A stretch of 64,000 bases of DNA from contig MU058059.1 of the NCBI GenBank assembly GCA_013265495.1, positions 1,426,001-1,490,000 of the forward strand. The letters are read 5' to 3'. The notes beneath the pieces were generated by a model. The model was given only the letters and a program-made list of their open reading frames with translations, searched no databases and was not told the origin of the DNA. A program made the translations under genes and the position numbers. Source of the stretch: Vicugna vicugna. Lineage: Eukaryota. Below, piece after piece: positions 51,194-64,000 of the stretch (within the stretch, counting starts at the first letter, position 1; the number at the start of each line of letters is the position of its first letter).

Positions 51194-53279
51194 AAGTAGA
51201 AAGGCCACAGCTGAAGTGGAAAGCACCACGGCTTCAGAGCTCCCAACTGCGGCTTCAGTCCCCGCAGCCACCGCTCCCTAGTCGGGCTGACCCCGAGGAA
51301 GCTGGACAAAGCTCCCTCACTTGTTACGCAGGGGCCAGTGTCAGCGGCACAGACTGGGCATCCAGTAAATTGTTTTGTAGTGATTTTCAAAGAAATATCT
51401 TGCTTGTTGTAAAATCACTACTAAAAATTAAGCGTTTATTTTTCAATACAAGTTTCTGTTCACATATAAATATGCATGAGTCCATAGTTTTTGTTTTTCT
51501 TTTGTTATTATTTTAAAGACATAAGGTAAGTGGCTAAATCTCATTTTGCAAGCAGCCTACAGAAAAAAATTAATCTATTTCCAAGAACTACAGGAGGAAG
51601 ATCCCCATTGTACTACTAAAACAATAGGCAATTTAGGGAATGGTTTCCTTTATCCCATTCAAAGTGGTAAAAATATAAATCACCTCAAAAGCCCCTCAAA
51701 CAATTCAGTCTGCATTCAACGAGCGGTTTGTAGCATCTGTATACACAAAGCAACCCTCATCCTTCTTCTAAACATCTGGCTGCGCGCCACAGCCAGAGAA
51801 AACAGCTACAACACCGGCACCAGGCCTGGAGAAGAGTCAGCTGGAGAAGGGCCCTTTGGGGAAGGGACAACTGACTATTGAATGGGGCTGAACAACAGCA
51901 AAAAGTTGCTTTCTAGTAAAACAGGAAAATGATTCGAGACAAACATATAATTGGCTACGATGAAAACTATAAATACTAAATCATTAAAAAAAAAAAACCT
52001 TAGGTTGAGGGACTGAACATTTGTAATTTGTTGACCTAAGTCTGCTTTTCTTTTTCTAGAATAAACGCTTCAACCATGAAATAAAAGAATCTAAAACAAT
52101 TTACATTAGTGTGAAAATACAGCCGTAGGGGAGAAACAACACCACCATAAATCACAACCTCTCTGAGGGAAAAATCTTTAGGAAAAAACCCTGCTGTTAG
52201 GGCAGGTACAGCCCACATTTATTTCCCGATTCCAGTGTTGCATAACGGGAGTGCATTTCAATGAAGCTGAACACCAAGTTACATAATTGTCAGATTACTG
52301 TATTCTATTTTGCTTTTTCAGCAAAGAACATGGTGGGACTTGGGGTAACAGCAAAAAAAGGAAAGAAATTTAAAGCAGTATATTTTGCCTCTAATCAAAA
52401 GCTTTCATTTCAAAAATCATTTAGGTAGAAGATCACAAATTTTCAATATTCTGTCCTAAGACTAAGCATTATAAAATGGTCTTTAAAAGCCTCAATACTT
52501 GTTATCATCCTTTTAAGGCTTTTCAGTTGTTTCCATTATTAGAGGGGAAAAAGCTTGCTCAACACATACTTATGGGACTTTATAAGGTCATTAGGGGAGA
52601 ATTATCAAATTTACATGCTTCCTTCCCATCGAGAACAGCACAAATGTTGTTGGATATTCAACTATGTTTTACAGAAAATTTAATAGCAGCTCTCTGTTTG
52701 TGCAGCATTAATCACAATGTGTGTGGAACAGATATTCCAGGGAAGTGGCATCTGTGTTGATTTAAATTTAAAGCATCAGAGAATTAGTTGAATATTAAAA
52801 AGCTGTTATGTAAAACCTATTGATATATTAATACCCCTAATTAGGGATATTTGTCTTGGAGCAAATGTACAATCTCTTCTGAAGCACAACTTCCACAGAA
52901 GAGTACGAATGCGATCATTAGAAGATTAAACCAATCTGGGAAAAGCTCAAGCAAAGCATTATAAATAAACTAAGTAGCATCACTTATTTTCTCGTTCACA
53001 GGCACAAGTTCACAAATCAGAAGCTGTTTTACTCAAAGCTTTTTTAAAAGGCAAAAAAATGAGATAAGGGCTTCAGACTTTTTCTTGAGACATACATACA
53101 TTTGAAAATCTTAGATGACACTGATAGTCTCAGAATTCTGAGTATGTGAAACACTGTCAATAAATGGTACTATTATCACAGATTTACATTAATAAATCTA
53201 AACCAACTACAGCTACCTAATAAAAATGCCATCTAAAAGTCATTCATTATAAATGAAACTAAAGAGTGGTGACTATTAC

Positions 53280-53334
53280 CGTGACTCAAGGGGGTCCCAC
53301 CATCCCTGGGCTTCTTCTCTTCTCCAGCTTGCTC
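53280..53334 (-). CDS. L3MBTL4: L3MBTL4 coding exon 2: EQAGEEKKPRDGGTPLSH+G
   Basis: 55 nt; acceptor ctAG (53336-53335), donor GTAAT (from 53279); phase 0->1; matches recalled human EQAEEEKKPKDSTTPLSH; too short for the ORF track. Confidence 0.93.
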
Positions 53335-53635
53335 CTAGAACACAGAAAATGTGGTTGAGACCCTCTTTCTGGATATTTGTGTGGAACACTGAAAACTAAC
53401 TTTCCTGTCTGCAGGAAGCCAGGAAATGTAAATATGCAATACTTCTGATTAGTTTCCAAGAAAAGCTGACTGTCATCAAAGAAGATGAAAACTCAGCAAG
53501 TGAATTACACAGAACCTTTGCCTCACTGATGGATGTTGGTGACAAAGGACTACCAGGACTTAGTACGTCTGGCCAACAGCTGTCCCTTCAGCTCCCTCCT
53601 GCATAACTCTGGGGCACATCTCTTTAAGCCAGGAT

Positions 53636-53746
53636 GAGGGTGACTGGCTGTCCCAGGTTGCCTGGGACTGGCCCGGTCACAGCACTGAAGTCACACAGTG
53701 GGGCAGCCCTTCGGTCCAAGGCAGACCAGGAGGGCTGGTCACCTTA
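53636..53746. mobile_element. hAT-Blackjack MITE (MER81-like), ~110 bp
   Basis: Terminal inverted repeats gAGGGTGAC...GTCACCTTa; internal gtcccaggttgcctgggac and agcactgaagtc. Confidence 0.7.
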
Positions 53747-54219
53747 ATGCCAACAACCATAAAAACCCAGCCCAAAAAGGAAACTTCAGATGACAGTAAC
53801 ACAAAGTTTTGAATCAAGGTTTCAAAAAAGAATCATGCATATTAATAGTTTAATGAGTGCAAACTAGTATTTAACTGTTTAATTAGAATTTATTTTGTGA
53901 TTAAGTACACTATTAAATTTCATTTTTATATTGTACTTGCTTGCTTCTTAGTCTGGCTTTAAGGTACAAAATACAATTTGTGCAGTCGTATATCATATAA
54001 ATGTTCAATAATCCACATATATCTAGTATGTGATTATAGTTTCTTTACTGATGAGGTGAGCAAACCAAACCGACAAGACTGAAGATGATTGCATCAGACT
54101 GCCGTTTGCTTCTATAGTCAATAGAATTGATTGTGATAGATTCCTTGAGATGCCTTAGCTTAAAGTTCATATGGTTCAAGGTTCATATGAAAACTTACTT
54201 ATCTGTCTGTCCTCCCCCA

Positions 54220-55420
54220 TCCCGTCAACTCAAGATACCTCTACCCAGTAATCATCATTACTAGATTTGGAAATAGCCTTGCAAAGTTTTCTTTATAAAC
54301 ATGCAAAAAAGAAAAAGATACATTCTTTTTCTTTCCGCTCTTGTGCACAAGAGACAGTGCATCATAATACTGTTTTCTATCTTTCTTTTCACTTAAAATG
54401 GCCTGGAGATCGCCATCAGGTGGTGGGAGCATGCTCCTTCTTTAGGTGGTTGCACAGTATCACATTGAATGGATATTTCATGTCTAGATTGTCACCCAGT
54501 CTTTTTTCCAATCATATAATGCTGCAGTGAAAAACCAGCACATGCAGCATTTTGCACACGTGCCGGGATGTGTACAGAATCTTCTCAGAAGCAGATGTGC
54601 CGGGTCAGATGTCCTGCCAGTCCGGCCCCACATGAGCCCCACAAGCCCCAGATCAGGTCTGTTTTCCCAGAGCCTCGCCAACAGGGCATGTTACCAAATT
54701 TCTGGATTTTCTTCCAAGATGAAGAGAAAAGTAGTATCTCACTACAGTTTTATTAGCATTTGTTTCATTATGAAGAAGTTGAAGATCCCTTTGTATATTT
54801 TAAAGCCGCTGGTATTTCCTCTTCCGTGAAGTACCTCTTCACAGCCTTGGCCCATTTTTCTGTTGGAATGATGACTCATCTTTCGGTCTTGATAAATTAG
54901 GAAGACTAGCCTTCTGTCTACAATATGAGAGGCATTATTTATTTTTTTTCCCAGTTAGTCATTTCTCTTTTTCACTTTTCTTACAGGATTTTTAATATGC
55001 AGGGATTTTTGTTGTTTGTTATTTTGAGAAATGAAATTATCAGACTTTCCTTCCGTGGCTTCTAGAGGTGAGTGATAGTGAGACCCTTCTCCACTCCCAC
55101 ATAAAAACCTTCTTCTCTGTTTGTGTCTGTTACACTTACAGTTTACTTCTTACACTTAAATCTTTGACAAATCTGAATTTGTGCCGGGACATGGTGTGAA
55201 GTTAAGACACGCTATTTTTGCCCAGATGGCTACTCACCTGTCCCAAGACCACTTAAGGGACAGCCCCCGCCCTCATCAGTCTAAGATAAGGGTTCTGCAC
55301 ATTAAATCCCCGGGGGCACTGGCTCCTGCCTGCGGCTTGTCTCCTCTGTTTCTGTCACTGACCCATCGATCCAAGTACCGGAGCCGCGATGCTGTACTTA
55401 ACTACAGCCTGATTTAAATA
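54220..55420 (-). mobile_element. Ancient L1ME-like fragment
   Basis: tagtatctcactacagttttattagcatttgtttcattatgaagaagttgaaga...gtatttcctcttccgtgaagtacctcttcacagccttggcccatttttctgttgg. Confidence 0.7.
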
Positions 55421-55477
55421 TGCTTCCTTGGCTGCTGGGTGTTTCACACACAGTAAGAGGGTTCTGTTCTGTTCAAG

Positions 55478-55685
55478 TTTTGGAGTCAGCTGAGAGTTCA
55501 CACTCCTGCTCCTCCCCTCACCAGCTGTGTGACCCTGGGCAAGCGATCTAACTTCTCTGAGTTTCGGTTTCCTAATTTGTGACTTGGAGATAATAACTTC
55601 TTTACTGAGATGTAAGGATTAGAGATACACAGGTAAAGCCTTAGTAAGCACGTGCCTCATGGCAGACAATTAATGGCAGCTATCA
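55478..55685 (+). mobile_element. MIR SINE
   Basis: ctcaccagctgtgtgaccctgggcaagcgatctaacttctctgagtttcggtttcctaatttgtga...ggagataata. Confidence 0.8.
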
Positions 55686-55699
55686 CAGGTATTTTGCCA

Positions 55700-56153
55700 G
55701 ATTTCAAATTGCCAAGAACATGGCAAAGGTGACGGGACATCACCCCTCAATGCATTAAGATGTATGTCTCCACCTCAGCTGACTGGAGGAGCGTCTCCTG
55801 CTGGCCTGTAACAGTGGGTGCCACATAGTGAGAGGGCCATGCAGCAAGGACCTGCAGGCTTCCTGGAGCTGAGACCAGCCCCTGCTGGACAGCCAGCAGG
55901 AAAGCAGGAACCTCAGTCCTACAACCACAAGGAACTGAATTTTGCAGACCACCACATGAGCTCGGAAGAGGCCACTGAGCTCCTAAAGGAACTTGGCCAG
56001 GCCAACCATTTGATTTTACCCTTTGAGACTCTGAGCAGACACTCTATGTAAGCCATGCCTGGACATCTGATCTACAGACAGAATGACGGAACCATAAATG
56101 GTTGGAAGCCACTAAGTTTGTGGTGATCTGTTATCATCAGTAGAAAGTAGTAT
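55700..56153 (+). mobile_element. MaLR LTR (MLT1E/F-like)
   Basis: acagccagcaggaaagcaggaacctcagtcctacaaccacaaggaactgaattttgc...aagccactaagtttgtggtgatctgttatcatcagtagaaa. Confidence 0.8.
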
Positions 56154-56507
56154 GTGCTTATTTCTCCTTTATGAGTTAGCTCAAAAAGCTGTCTTTGATT
56201 CTACTTCCTCCTCCCTGCTCCACACATGCTAAGCTGGATAACTCCTGAAGCCTGGAAATATCCTATACAAATGTCTAACACTGGGTCCCATCTGCTTTGT
56301 TGAGTTTACTGAAGGCAGACAGTGTCTTAACCATCTTTCCTCTCCAAAACATAGCTTGGCTAGCTTAACAGATATCTGCTGACTGAACGCATGAGTGCAA
56401 GGTTCAAGATTAGTACCTTTGTATCTGGCAGATTTCACATCCAAAGTTATCATGAATACCTTTGTGCAATTAATAAAAGTTGCATCCTTACAAAACATAC
56501 TGTAACC

Positions 56508-56660
56508 CAGCGCTTCTCAAACTTCAACGTGCACATAAATCATGTGAGAATCTTGCTGAAAGGCAAATCTGGATTCAGCAGGTCGGGGGAGGGCCTAAGA
56601 GTATGAGTTTCCAACAAGCCCCTAGTCAAGGCCGCTGCTGAAGGTCTGGACCACACAAGG
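56508..56660. mobile_element. MER5-like hAT MITE
   Basis: cagcgcttctcaaacttcaacgtgcacataaatca...gattcagcaggtcgggggagggcctaagagtatgagtttccaacaagc. Confidence 0.7.
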
Positions 56661-58397
56661 TGCCACGCTCACCAGGCAGCAGTGGGTGTGGCAGGCAGCA
56701 ATCTAAGCCCTTCTACCTCTGTTCCACTGCACGTGAAATCATGAACTGAATGGGGTCTGATTTTCTATGGTAGCTCTTCACCCCAAATTCACCTCTCCTG
56801 ACTCACTCAATGCACAGGAAATTTACATAACTCAGAACAACATAAGTCTCTTTCCATAAAGGTTCTACTGCAAAACTGGGACAGTAACAAGAAACCGTAT
56901 TCAAGGGTTGATTATGTGAACAGAACAGCTACCAAAGCATTTTTATAATCATCGTATCATTCAAATATAAAAAGAAATTTATAATATGCTGTCTGTCACT
57001 CACTCGGTGGATTAGGATGTTTGGTTCACACTTCATTTGCTATTGAAATTCTGCCTAGTTAGAAGCAGCATACTCCACACAAAAATAACATTACCTTTAG
57101 CTTCAAAGTTAAGTTACCCAAGCTCCTTATGTCCACATGTTTTTCAAATGGAACAAAGGTACAGAAATGTAGAGATACACATAAAAGTCCATGACTTTGT
57201 ACTGCAGAATAAATCTACATTTCTTTTACTGACCTCATTTTTAGAACAATTTTTTTTTATAAATAAAAAAGTGATTTAATATCAAATGATACTACAAGAA
57301 TGGTGAATTTGGGGTCAGGTAACCTAAGGCCAAATCCTAACCCCACCCACAAAGAGCCCGGTCGGTACCTGTGAACAGATGACTTGTGTTCTCTAGACCT
57401 GATTTCTTTTGTCTGCAAAATAAAGGGGCCGGACTAAATGTTCTCCAGAGCTCCTGCGAGCTGTAACAGTCTCTGCTTTTGTCCGGGCTAATTAATTATT
57501 TTGTAAAAATAATAAATCCACACTGCTATTACTGAATAGAGAGTTCATTTTTTTTAAGGGAAAAAATGAGCACTTTCCCTTATCCTCCCAACCAGAACAC
57601 TACAGGAAATCAGTATGAACTGAGAAAAATAAAACCATTACTGCGACTTCTCAGGCTTCGAAGTTTAGCTCTGAAAATTGAAAATAGAGCTTTTAGAATA
57701 AAGAACATTGCTCAGAAAGGGGGGGAGATAACAGTGTAAGGAACATAAAATAAGTCTTTGCCAAGGTACGTTTCCATCAGCCAACTTAAAATCCACCGAT
57801 TCGGAAGAGAGGATTATGAGGCCGGAAAATAACGAAAAAGGCTTGACACCGAGCCCCTCCCGATGGCCCCAGACGCTCCATGTGCCTTTACGATACGTTT
57901 CAGTGATGTCTTCTAATTAATCAGCGCCCGCAGTTCCCTGTCTGAGAATTCCAATCCAGGAAGCAAGACAGAAGGAGTTTCGCCCACTAATTTGTGTTTG
58001 GCAATTTCTGGCCGTCACCTTGGCTCCGTCAGATAAAGCCCCTCCTGTCTCTCCCTGTCTGACAGGTCCCTCGGACACACAGGGACTTTCCAACACCCGG
58101 CTATTCCTCTTATGCACGAATGGAGGGTGACGCCCTCTGGTTTAACAAACGACAGAAAACACTGAAATCCCACTTAATGACCCAGTAATAAACTACTATT
58201 AGAATTTCACCTCCTGTCTCAAGTTCACTTTTTATATTCTCTTTTGCTTTGATCCCATGTGGTTTACAACGTGAAGATAAATGAAATTAACCTTTCAGAT
58301 AAAAATACAGGGCAGGGTGGGTTCCTATTTCTCTACACACAGAAGCAAAGGCCAACGTTTTGTTCAAATACTCTAAATGAAATCTCTCCACCGTATT

Positions 58398-58908
58398 TAT
58401 TAATCATGATTTTTATTTTCTGTATTTTGTGACGGACATTTGGGGACCCTGTGGACAGGGGAGATCCAGCTCCTGGAGACAGTAGACAACGTGCCTGGGA
58501 CCACGCCTTCGACGTGCAAACCCACCAATGCTGAGTCCACCGCCCTGTCCCCACTCCTTGTCAGCCCCTGCAGTCTGGGACACTGTCCCCTTGCCCTAAA
58601 CCACGCCACGGTCAGGTACTGGACAATCAGCGACAGCCCCAGTAGCCAGAGACCAGAGAAATTACTCAAAGCTGCTTCGCCTGCTCCCCTGCCTCACCCG
58701 CTCACTTCCGAGAAAAGTGCAGTAGAGGCTTCTGTCCACGCTCCTCCCTCTCCCTGCCGCCTCCTTCCCCGCAGGCCCTGCCTGGTGCGACGCGCCCCTC
58801 CTCTTGGGAACGTGAATCACAAACTATCCTTTCAACGGCAGCCATCTCTCAATCTGTTCACCTCGCTATACCTGAACCAAAACAAAATCCCAGCTATACT
58901 TCAAAACA
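58398..58908 (+). mobile_element. ERVL solo LTR (MER74/MER73/MER54 group) with 5-bp target-site duplication GTATT
   Basis: gcaaacccaccaat, caggtactggacaatcagcgacagcccc, cccctcctcttgggaacgtga..aaactatcctttcaacggcag; ends aaaaCA; GTATT at 58393-58397 and 58909-58913. Confidence 0.8.
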
Positions 58909-60599
58909 GTATTTGCTAAGACGTATAACTAAAAAGGGGGGAAAAATCTAAAATACCTTTATGAACATCTCCTTTTGATGGTTTATGTACAAATGTATTC
59001 TACTGGCTGATGCAAATTGATCCCAGCCATGTGTGGGAAAAACAAAATGCTCAAAAAATTAGATACCACTGAAAAATAAGAAACTAAAGCAATCCTACCC
59101 TAAACACTTTTTCAGTATCTATTTGAGGATATTACAACAAAGATTTCATTACACGACACCCAAGCCGAAGCCAACCACGGCCCCCACCTGTGGGTCCGTC
59201 CAGTCCGGGGGCCACGGTACCAAGCACAACGCCCTCTGCTCTTCCATCAAGACCCCCTGAGCTTGGCCACCCAGACGCACTCCACTCATCTCACCATTTC
59301 ATTATGTGCCCAAAGTTAGACGTGTTGAAATAAAGCATCTCTTCTGTGAAAGAAACCCAGCCCTAGGCTGGTAAAGGACTTGCTTGTCCTTGGTCACACA
59401 GCAAATCATCACCCAGATATCCTGACCCCCCCAGCCCAACACTCATTCTGCAAAACGGCCAACAGCAACACCTGCTTCATCAGACAAGTCACAACAGCCA
59501 TTCTAAACCCACCGTCGGTCACACGTGTCACAGCTGCTTCCAGCCCCACACTCAGCCTCGCGCTGCCTCCCTGGCCAGACGCCCCTGCTCTGACCCTTCT
59601 CCTCTCTTCTCTCTCAAGGTTTGCCGCCTACAGAACACCGACATTTTAAGCAAATAATTTGCATTCCCTTATTTTGCATTTTACCAGGTTGGATTTTAAA
59701 AGACATTTGTTACAACAGCATTAAATATGCATTAGATATTTTTATTTTTTAAATAAGTGAAATCAAGCATTAAATATGGACATCTTAGATACCCTTCATC
59801 CTTCAAGGTCAGACTCCAGCCCCACCATGATCTCCCCTACCCCTGAAGCTCAGTCTTAGAGCTTAGTCTACATGGTGCATAAGCTAGTTCTCTTTTATTC
59901 TGCAATACTCTAAGATGCTTAAGAATAAATGTTTCTATTTCTCAACGTTCATAACTCACTAACTAGATGCGGACTGGTAGATTTTTAGGTGCTGCAGAGG
60001 GAAAGAATGAGAACTAACATTTATTCAGCATCAGATATTTTATATACACAACTAGACAACACATCTTTCATTCCTGTCTAGTCAAATAAAATTTCCCTTT
60101 TTTATTTGAGAAACTTGCATTTTTATGAAGGAAATTTGAAATTTTATAGCCTACATATGGCTTGGGGTTTTATGCCCAGAACACCCACATACACACCAAA
60201 CATCTATGAAATCACCTTGAAAAAAATGCTTAGTTTCCCCAGTTGTCTTGTGGCAACACTTTGCCAGTCAATCCTAAGGGTGGTGGGTGGAAAAGGCTAC
60301 CAAAGGCACCTGCGATGACACTTGCCTTTGTGCCGGATGTTGTGAAAAGCATACGTGAGAAGGAGTCTGACGGGGCGGGGAAACCCCTCGTCAAGTCTGC
60401 AGCGGCACCAGGAGACCAGCACAGCAACGAGTCATCCACACGGCAGGGTTTAGTGACACGGCTCTCAAGGATGGTGTCACAGAGAGGACCACCCGGGGCG
60501 ACCTCTTTGGAGGATGATATGAAAGGTTCATCAAAATTGTATAAGCACAAACTCTTTAGTACAAGGATTCTACTGGTAAGATTTTATCTGTGAATCAAA

Positions 60600-61100
60600 C
60601 ATAAAAGTACAAGAAATATGAATGAGAACACTGGCTGTAACTTTCTGTGTGATGACGAAGAATGAAAACCACCTAAATGTCTACAGGAGGGCACTGTTTA
60701 AATAACTTAGGGGACATCCACAGGGTGGAATATTACGCAGCACTGAAAGAATGAGAAGATGTGCATCTCCAAAATACACCTGCTGAACTGCAAAACTGCA
60801 AAGCAGAGAGCAAGCGCCATAGCGTGAGCCCATCTGGGGCAGTGAGTGTGTGCACTGTGTCCACATGCATAAAGGGTTTGGAATTTTTAGCTTTCTTTTT
60901 GTTTTTTTGGTTTTCTTTTGCTTGTTTGTTGATTCCTGTATAGATACACAAGAAACTATAAACAGTGGTCACACTTTTACAAAAAGACTGGGGATTTAGC
61001 ACGTGTGTGCGGGTGAGTACAGTACAGAATTTACTTATTATTTTAATACCTGTCTGTACTATTTGATTTTTTTTTACCAGGTGCCTGTATACTGAAAAGT
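60600..61100 (+). mobile_element. Ancient L1ME-like 3' fragment
   Basis: aaaaccacctaaatgtctacaggagggcactgttaaataacttaggggacatccacagggtggaatattacgcagcactgaaagaatgag. Confidence 0.7.
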
Positions 61101-62149
61101 ACAAATGAATATTTTTTAAATCTGCAAGGAAATACATAGAAAATATTAGTCTAGAAAGACATTCATTGACAGATATTAATACCAGCACCAAAAAAGTATT
61201 ACATATTCAAGATATGAAATTATTGTCTCAAAAGCAGATGTTTAGAAAGCACCCAACTGTTCATTAGTTTGATGTTTTATGTGCTTAACCTGCTGGTGCT
61301 ACTTGGCTTGCGTGGCTGGAAACGTCACTTTAAAATTAGAAGAACAACATAGAAAGTAAAGGCTATTATTGATATTTCAAGCAAAATTCAAACATGATTT
61401 TAGTGACTGAACCCCTTTCTCTCCACGGTGAATGCGGCCACAGATGTGAACCTGCTTAGTGCATTAAACTATTGAACTTAACTAATGAAAATGGACACTG
61501 TAACTGGCAATGAGCCCCAAACTGACCGTTCAGTGTGGAATTCATCCTAAATGCACATCTTCCCAATTATCTTCCATGAATATCCTTTAAAATAATTAGA
61601 TGTTCCCAACACTTCATATGAGTAATATGGCCCTTTAAATAGCATTTTCTTACTGCTGATCAGAGAAGTCCATTTGCATGGAGATGCCATTAAGCACCAG
61701 GAACATCATTTTCCAGATATTTTCGGGAATCCAGCCGTGCAAGGTGCCAAGCTGAAACAGCACCTGCGTGGTGAGCCCTGAGCACCCCCAGGGCCCACGA
61801 AAGTGGAGACCCCAGTGTGGGACACAGATAATGGTAAAAGCACCAGCATGAAGTCAGAAATGGAGAGAAAGAAAGGCGAAAACTGGTACTTGGGCCAACC
61901 CAGAAGAGACAGAAGGTTCAGTATTCATGTTGGAGAGCAAGGTAACCAGAGTACCAAGCAGGGGCAGTGACCACTTGAGCAACTTAAAGGGAAATGACAC
62001 TGAGAAAAGGTAGGACATTTAACTGACAGGAGAGGTGGTCTCAAATTATACACTAAAAATATATTTTAAACATGCAGCAGACAATATTAATTACAGCACT
62101 CTTAGTAGGTGAGACGTGTCGAGCTTTTTTCCCTGGGACAGGGGAAAAC

Positions 62150-62312
62150 ATGCAGGCGTATCCGAATCACCTGGAGAGCTACAGATGTCTGAGCCTTGCC
62201 CCCAGGGTACCTGGCTCAGTAGGTCTGGAGTGGGGCCAAGGAATCTGCATTTCTAACAAACCCCCAGGTGATGCTGACGCTACTGGTCCAGACCCCCAGC
62301 AGAAGAACCGCT
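62150..62312. mobile_element. MER5A-like hAT MITE
   Basis: gaatcacctggagagct...ctcagtaggtctggagtggggccaaggaatctgcatttctaacaaacccccaggtgatgctgacgctactggtcca. Confidence 0.85.
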
Positions 62313-62984
62313 GTCCAAGTGTAACTCTGAATATCCAGTACCCTGTCTCCTCAGAGGACGTGACACAGCAAACCCAGACTGCTGAGAGGAGCAGCAGCCT
62401 CACAGGCCTCAGACGGGACAGGCCTCCCAAAGCTGGTCCAGGCAACCCCCCAGACAGCAAGCTCCCCAAGATACACTCAGAGCCCTCCCTGCTCATGGAA
62501 ATGGTCTATGAGATGAAACCAACTTAGACCTCCAGGGATGGGGCCTCAGCCCCACATGAACCACCCACTTTCAGCGGGGCTGATGCGGCGGAAACAGCGC
62601 TAAACACTTGACACAGGCCTGTATTTAACACCTTGAAACTAGCCTCAGGCCAGATCATCGCTTCCAGTCCCACGTGGTGCCCGGGGGCATCAAAAACACA
62701 GCTCATTTGGCATCAAAGCAAAGGCTGTGTGACACTGAGTCACTTCACTGACTGCATGACGTGTAAATGCATAACCACAACCCACATGGAGACCCCAAAA
62801 CCCACATGCAAGGAAATGATGAGCACACGCTAACGGCCTACCATCCCCAGAACAGTCACCACGAAGGTCTCCCGGTCACGTCCACCCACCCTGCCACTTG
62901 TAGGAAGGGATACAAGCAGCTGTCATAAGGAAACAGCACAGGGAACTGGAGGTGTGATGCAATTTACACCTTCTGGCCGCCAAG

Positions 62985-63290
62985 ACGTTATGATGAGGGA
63001 TTTCCTAGGTGTGATTAACATTCAGAGAGTAGACTCTGAGAAAAGCAGGTTACACACCACAGTGAGGTGGGCCTTGTCCAGTCAGCTGAAGGCCTTGTAA
63101 GAAAAAAGATTCACCTACCCCAAGAGGACAGAATCTGCTTCCAAACGGCCTCGGGACTCAAGACTGCACCATCAACTCTCTTCTGGGTCCCCAGCCTGCC
63201 AACCTGCCCTGGAGACTTCAGACTTGCCAGTCCCCATGACTGCAGCACTCAATTCCTTAAAATATGTCTATCTCTAGATTAATACATATA
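62985..63290 (+). mobile_element. ERVL LTR fragment (MLT2-like)
   Basis: gattaacattcagagagtagactctgagaaaagcagg...gggccttgtccagtcagctgaaggcct...tctgggtccccagcctgccaacctgccctggagacttcagacttgccagtcccca...caattccttaaaata. Confidence 0.85.
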
Positions 63291-63681
63291 TATACATATA
63301 ATTCATCACCATCAAGTAGGGACAGAGATTGTGAACAGAGACTATGACAAGGCTGTCAAGTACTCCGACTGGTTCTGATCCTGGCAGATACAACCCTCTA
63401 CAGTTCACAATCTGTTCCTTGCCTGATAAGGATCAATTACCTCCATCTTTCTGAAAGAAAAGGCCCCCTTTCACCTTTAAAATGAAGATAACCTTTTAAA
63501 ATGTACCAGACTTAACAGTACATATATTCTATCCTACTATACATACAACCCACCCGGAAGCAACCCGTTTCGAGTGATTGAAAAAAAACGTCTACTGTGT
63601 TTGTACAAGGTACACAACTGCCCTGTGAACTCCCACTGTGAGCACAGACCAGGAGCAAGGGTCCAGGAGCTCACACCTTAC

Positions 63682-63753
63682 CAAACATCCATCCAGGTCC
63701 AAACGCTCTCTGGAATCCGTATTAAGCTTCCTCTTCCTGCTGGGCTGTTTCAT
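63682..63753 (-). CDS. L3MBTL4: L3MBTL4 first coding exon (CDS part): MKQPSRKRKLNTDSRERLDLDGCL
   Basis: ATG at 63753-63751 in gccATG context; 72 nt, phase 0; donor GTAAG at 63681-63677; closely matches the recalled human L3MBTL4 N-terminus MKQPNRKRKLNMDSKERLDQDGRL. Confidence 0.95.
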
Positions 63754-63784
63754 GGCCATGTGAGCACTCCTTAGCAGTGTTTTT
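63754..63784 (-). other. L3MBTL4: 5' UTR part of the first coding exon (31 nt)
   Basis: Acceptor ttttgcAG with AG at 63786-63785, implying further upstream non-coding exon(s) outside the window. Confidence 0.7.
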
Positions 63785-64000
63785 CTGCAAAATAGTGCCA
63801 CACTGAAGTTGATGGGTCTCTTCCCCTTTAGAATTATGAAAACAAACAAAAACCCCACACTTTCAATTATACTTTTTAATTGGTTGCCATAAATACACTG
63901 ATGAATAAACTGACATAAAAATTCCACTGTTGATTTTATAGCCCCTAGTATAATAATAAAATAATGGGGGGAAAAGATGCGTTTTCTACCTCTTCTAAAA

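Noticed and set aside
58440..58919. 159-aa ORF
   Set aside because: Lies essentially within an ERVL solo LTR; non-ATG start
60243..60593. 116-aa ORF with protein-like composition (possible retrocopy)
   Set aside because: No recognisable parent gene, poly-A tail or target-site duplication; a BLASTX hit would be needed to revive it
1..64000. Prokaryote-style systems (CRISPR, defence islands, operons) or structural RNA genes
   Set aside because: Sequence is intron-rich mammalian DNA; no regularly spaced repeats, rRNA, tRNA or snRNA-like segments were recognised; short (CA)n and poly-A runs are ordinary microsatellites

Overview
Mammalian (eutherian) genomic DNA, not prokaryotic: no operons, CRISPR array, rRNA or tRNA were seen. 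The window is the 5'/central part of a minus-strand MBT-repeat chromatin-reader gene that I recognise as L3MBTL4. Ten coding exons were delimited by hand (63682-63753, 53280-53334, 35387-35478, 23881-23985, 22701-22836, 20976-21067, 19408-19562, 18329-18405, 12832-12917, 10708-10818). All have AG/GT boundaries and compatible phases, and they join into an uninterrupted 981-nt (327-codon) frame covering the N-terminus, MBT1, MBT2 and most of MBT3. The remaining exons (end of MBT3, C2HC zinc finger, SAM) should lie left of position 1, and any non-coding first exons lie right of the window. Introns are filled with old repeats: L1, L2, MIR, MaLR/ERVL LTRs, a ~2.1-kb Tigger1 and hAT MITEs. I saw no Alu, B1/B2, Bov-tA, PRE1 or Can-SINE, and one young L1 3' end resembles artiodactyl (possibly camelid) L1, so the taxon is tentative. 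Most ORFs in the supplied track are spurious. I found no convincing new biological system. The best leads are a Tyr->His change at the methyl-lysine aromatic-cage position of MBT2, local AT->GC substitution bursts suggesting GC-biased gene conversion, a rearranged L1/Tigger1 composite, and nuclear-receptor direct repeats. Repeat family names and human comparisons come from memory, not from a database search.
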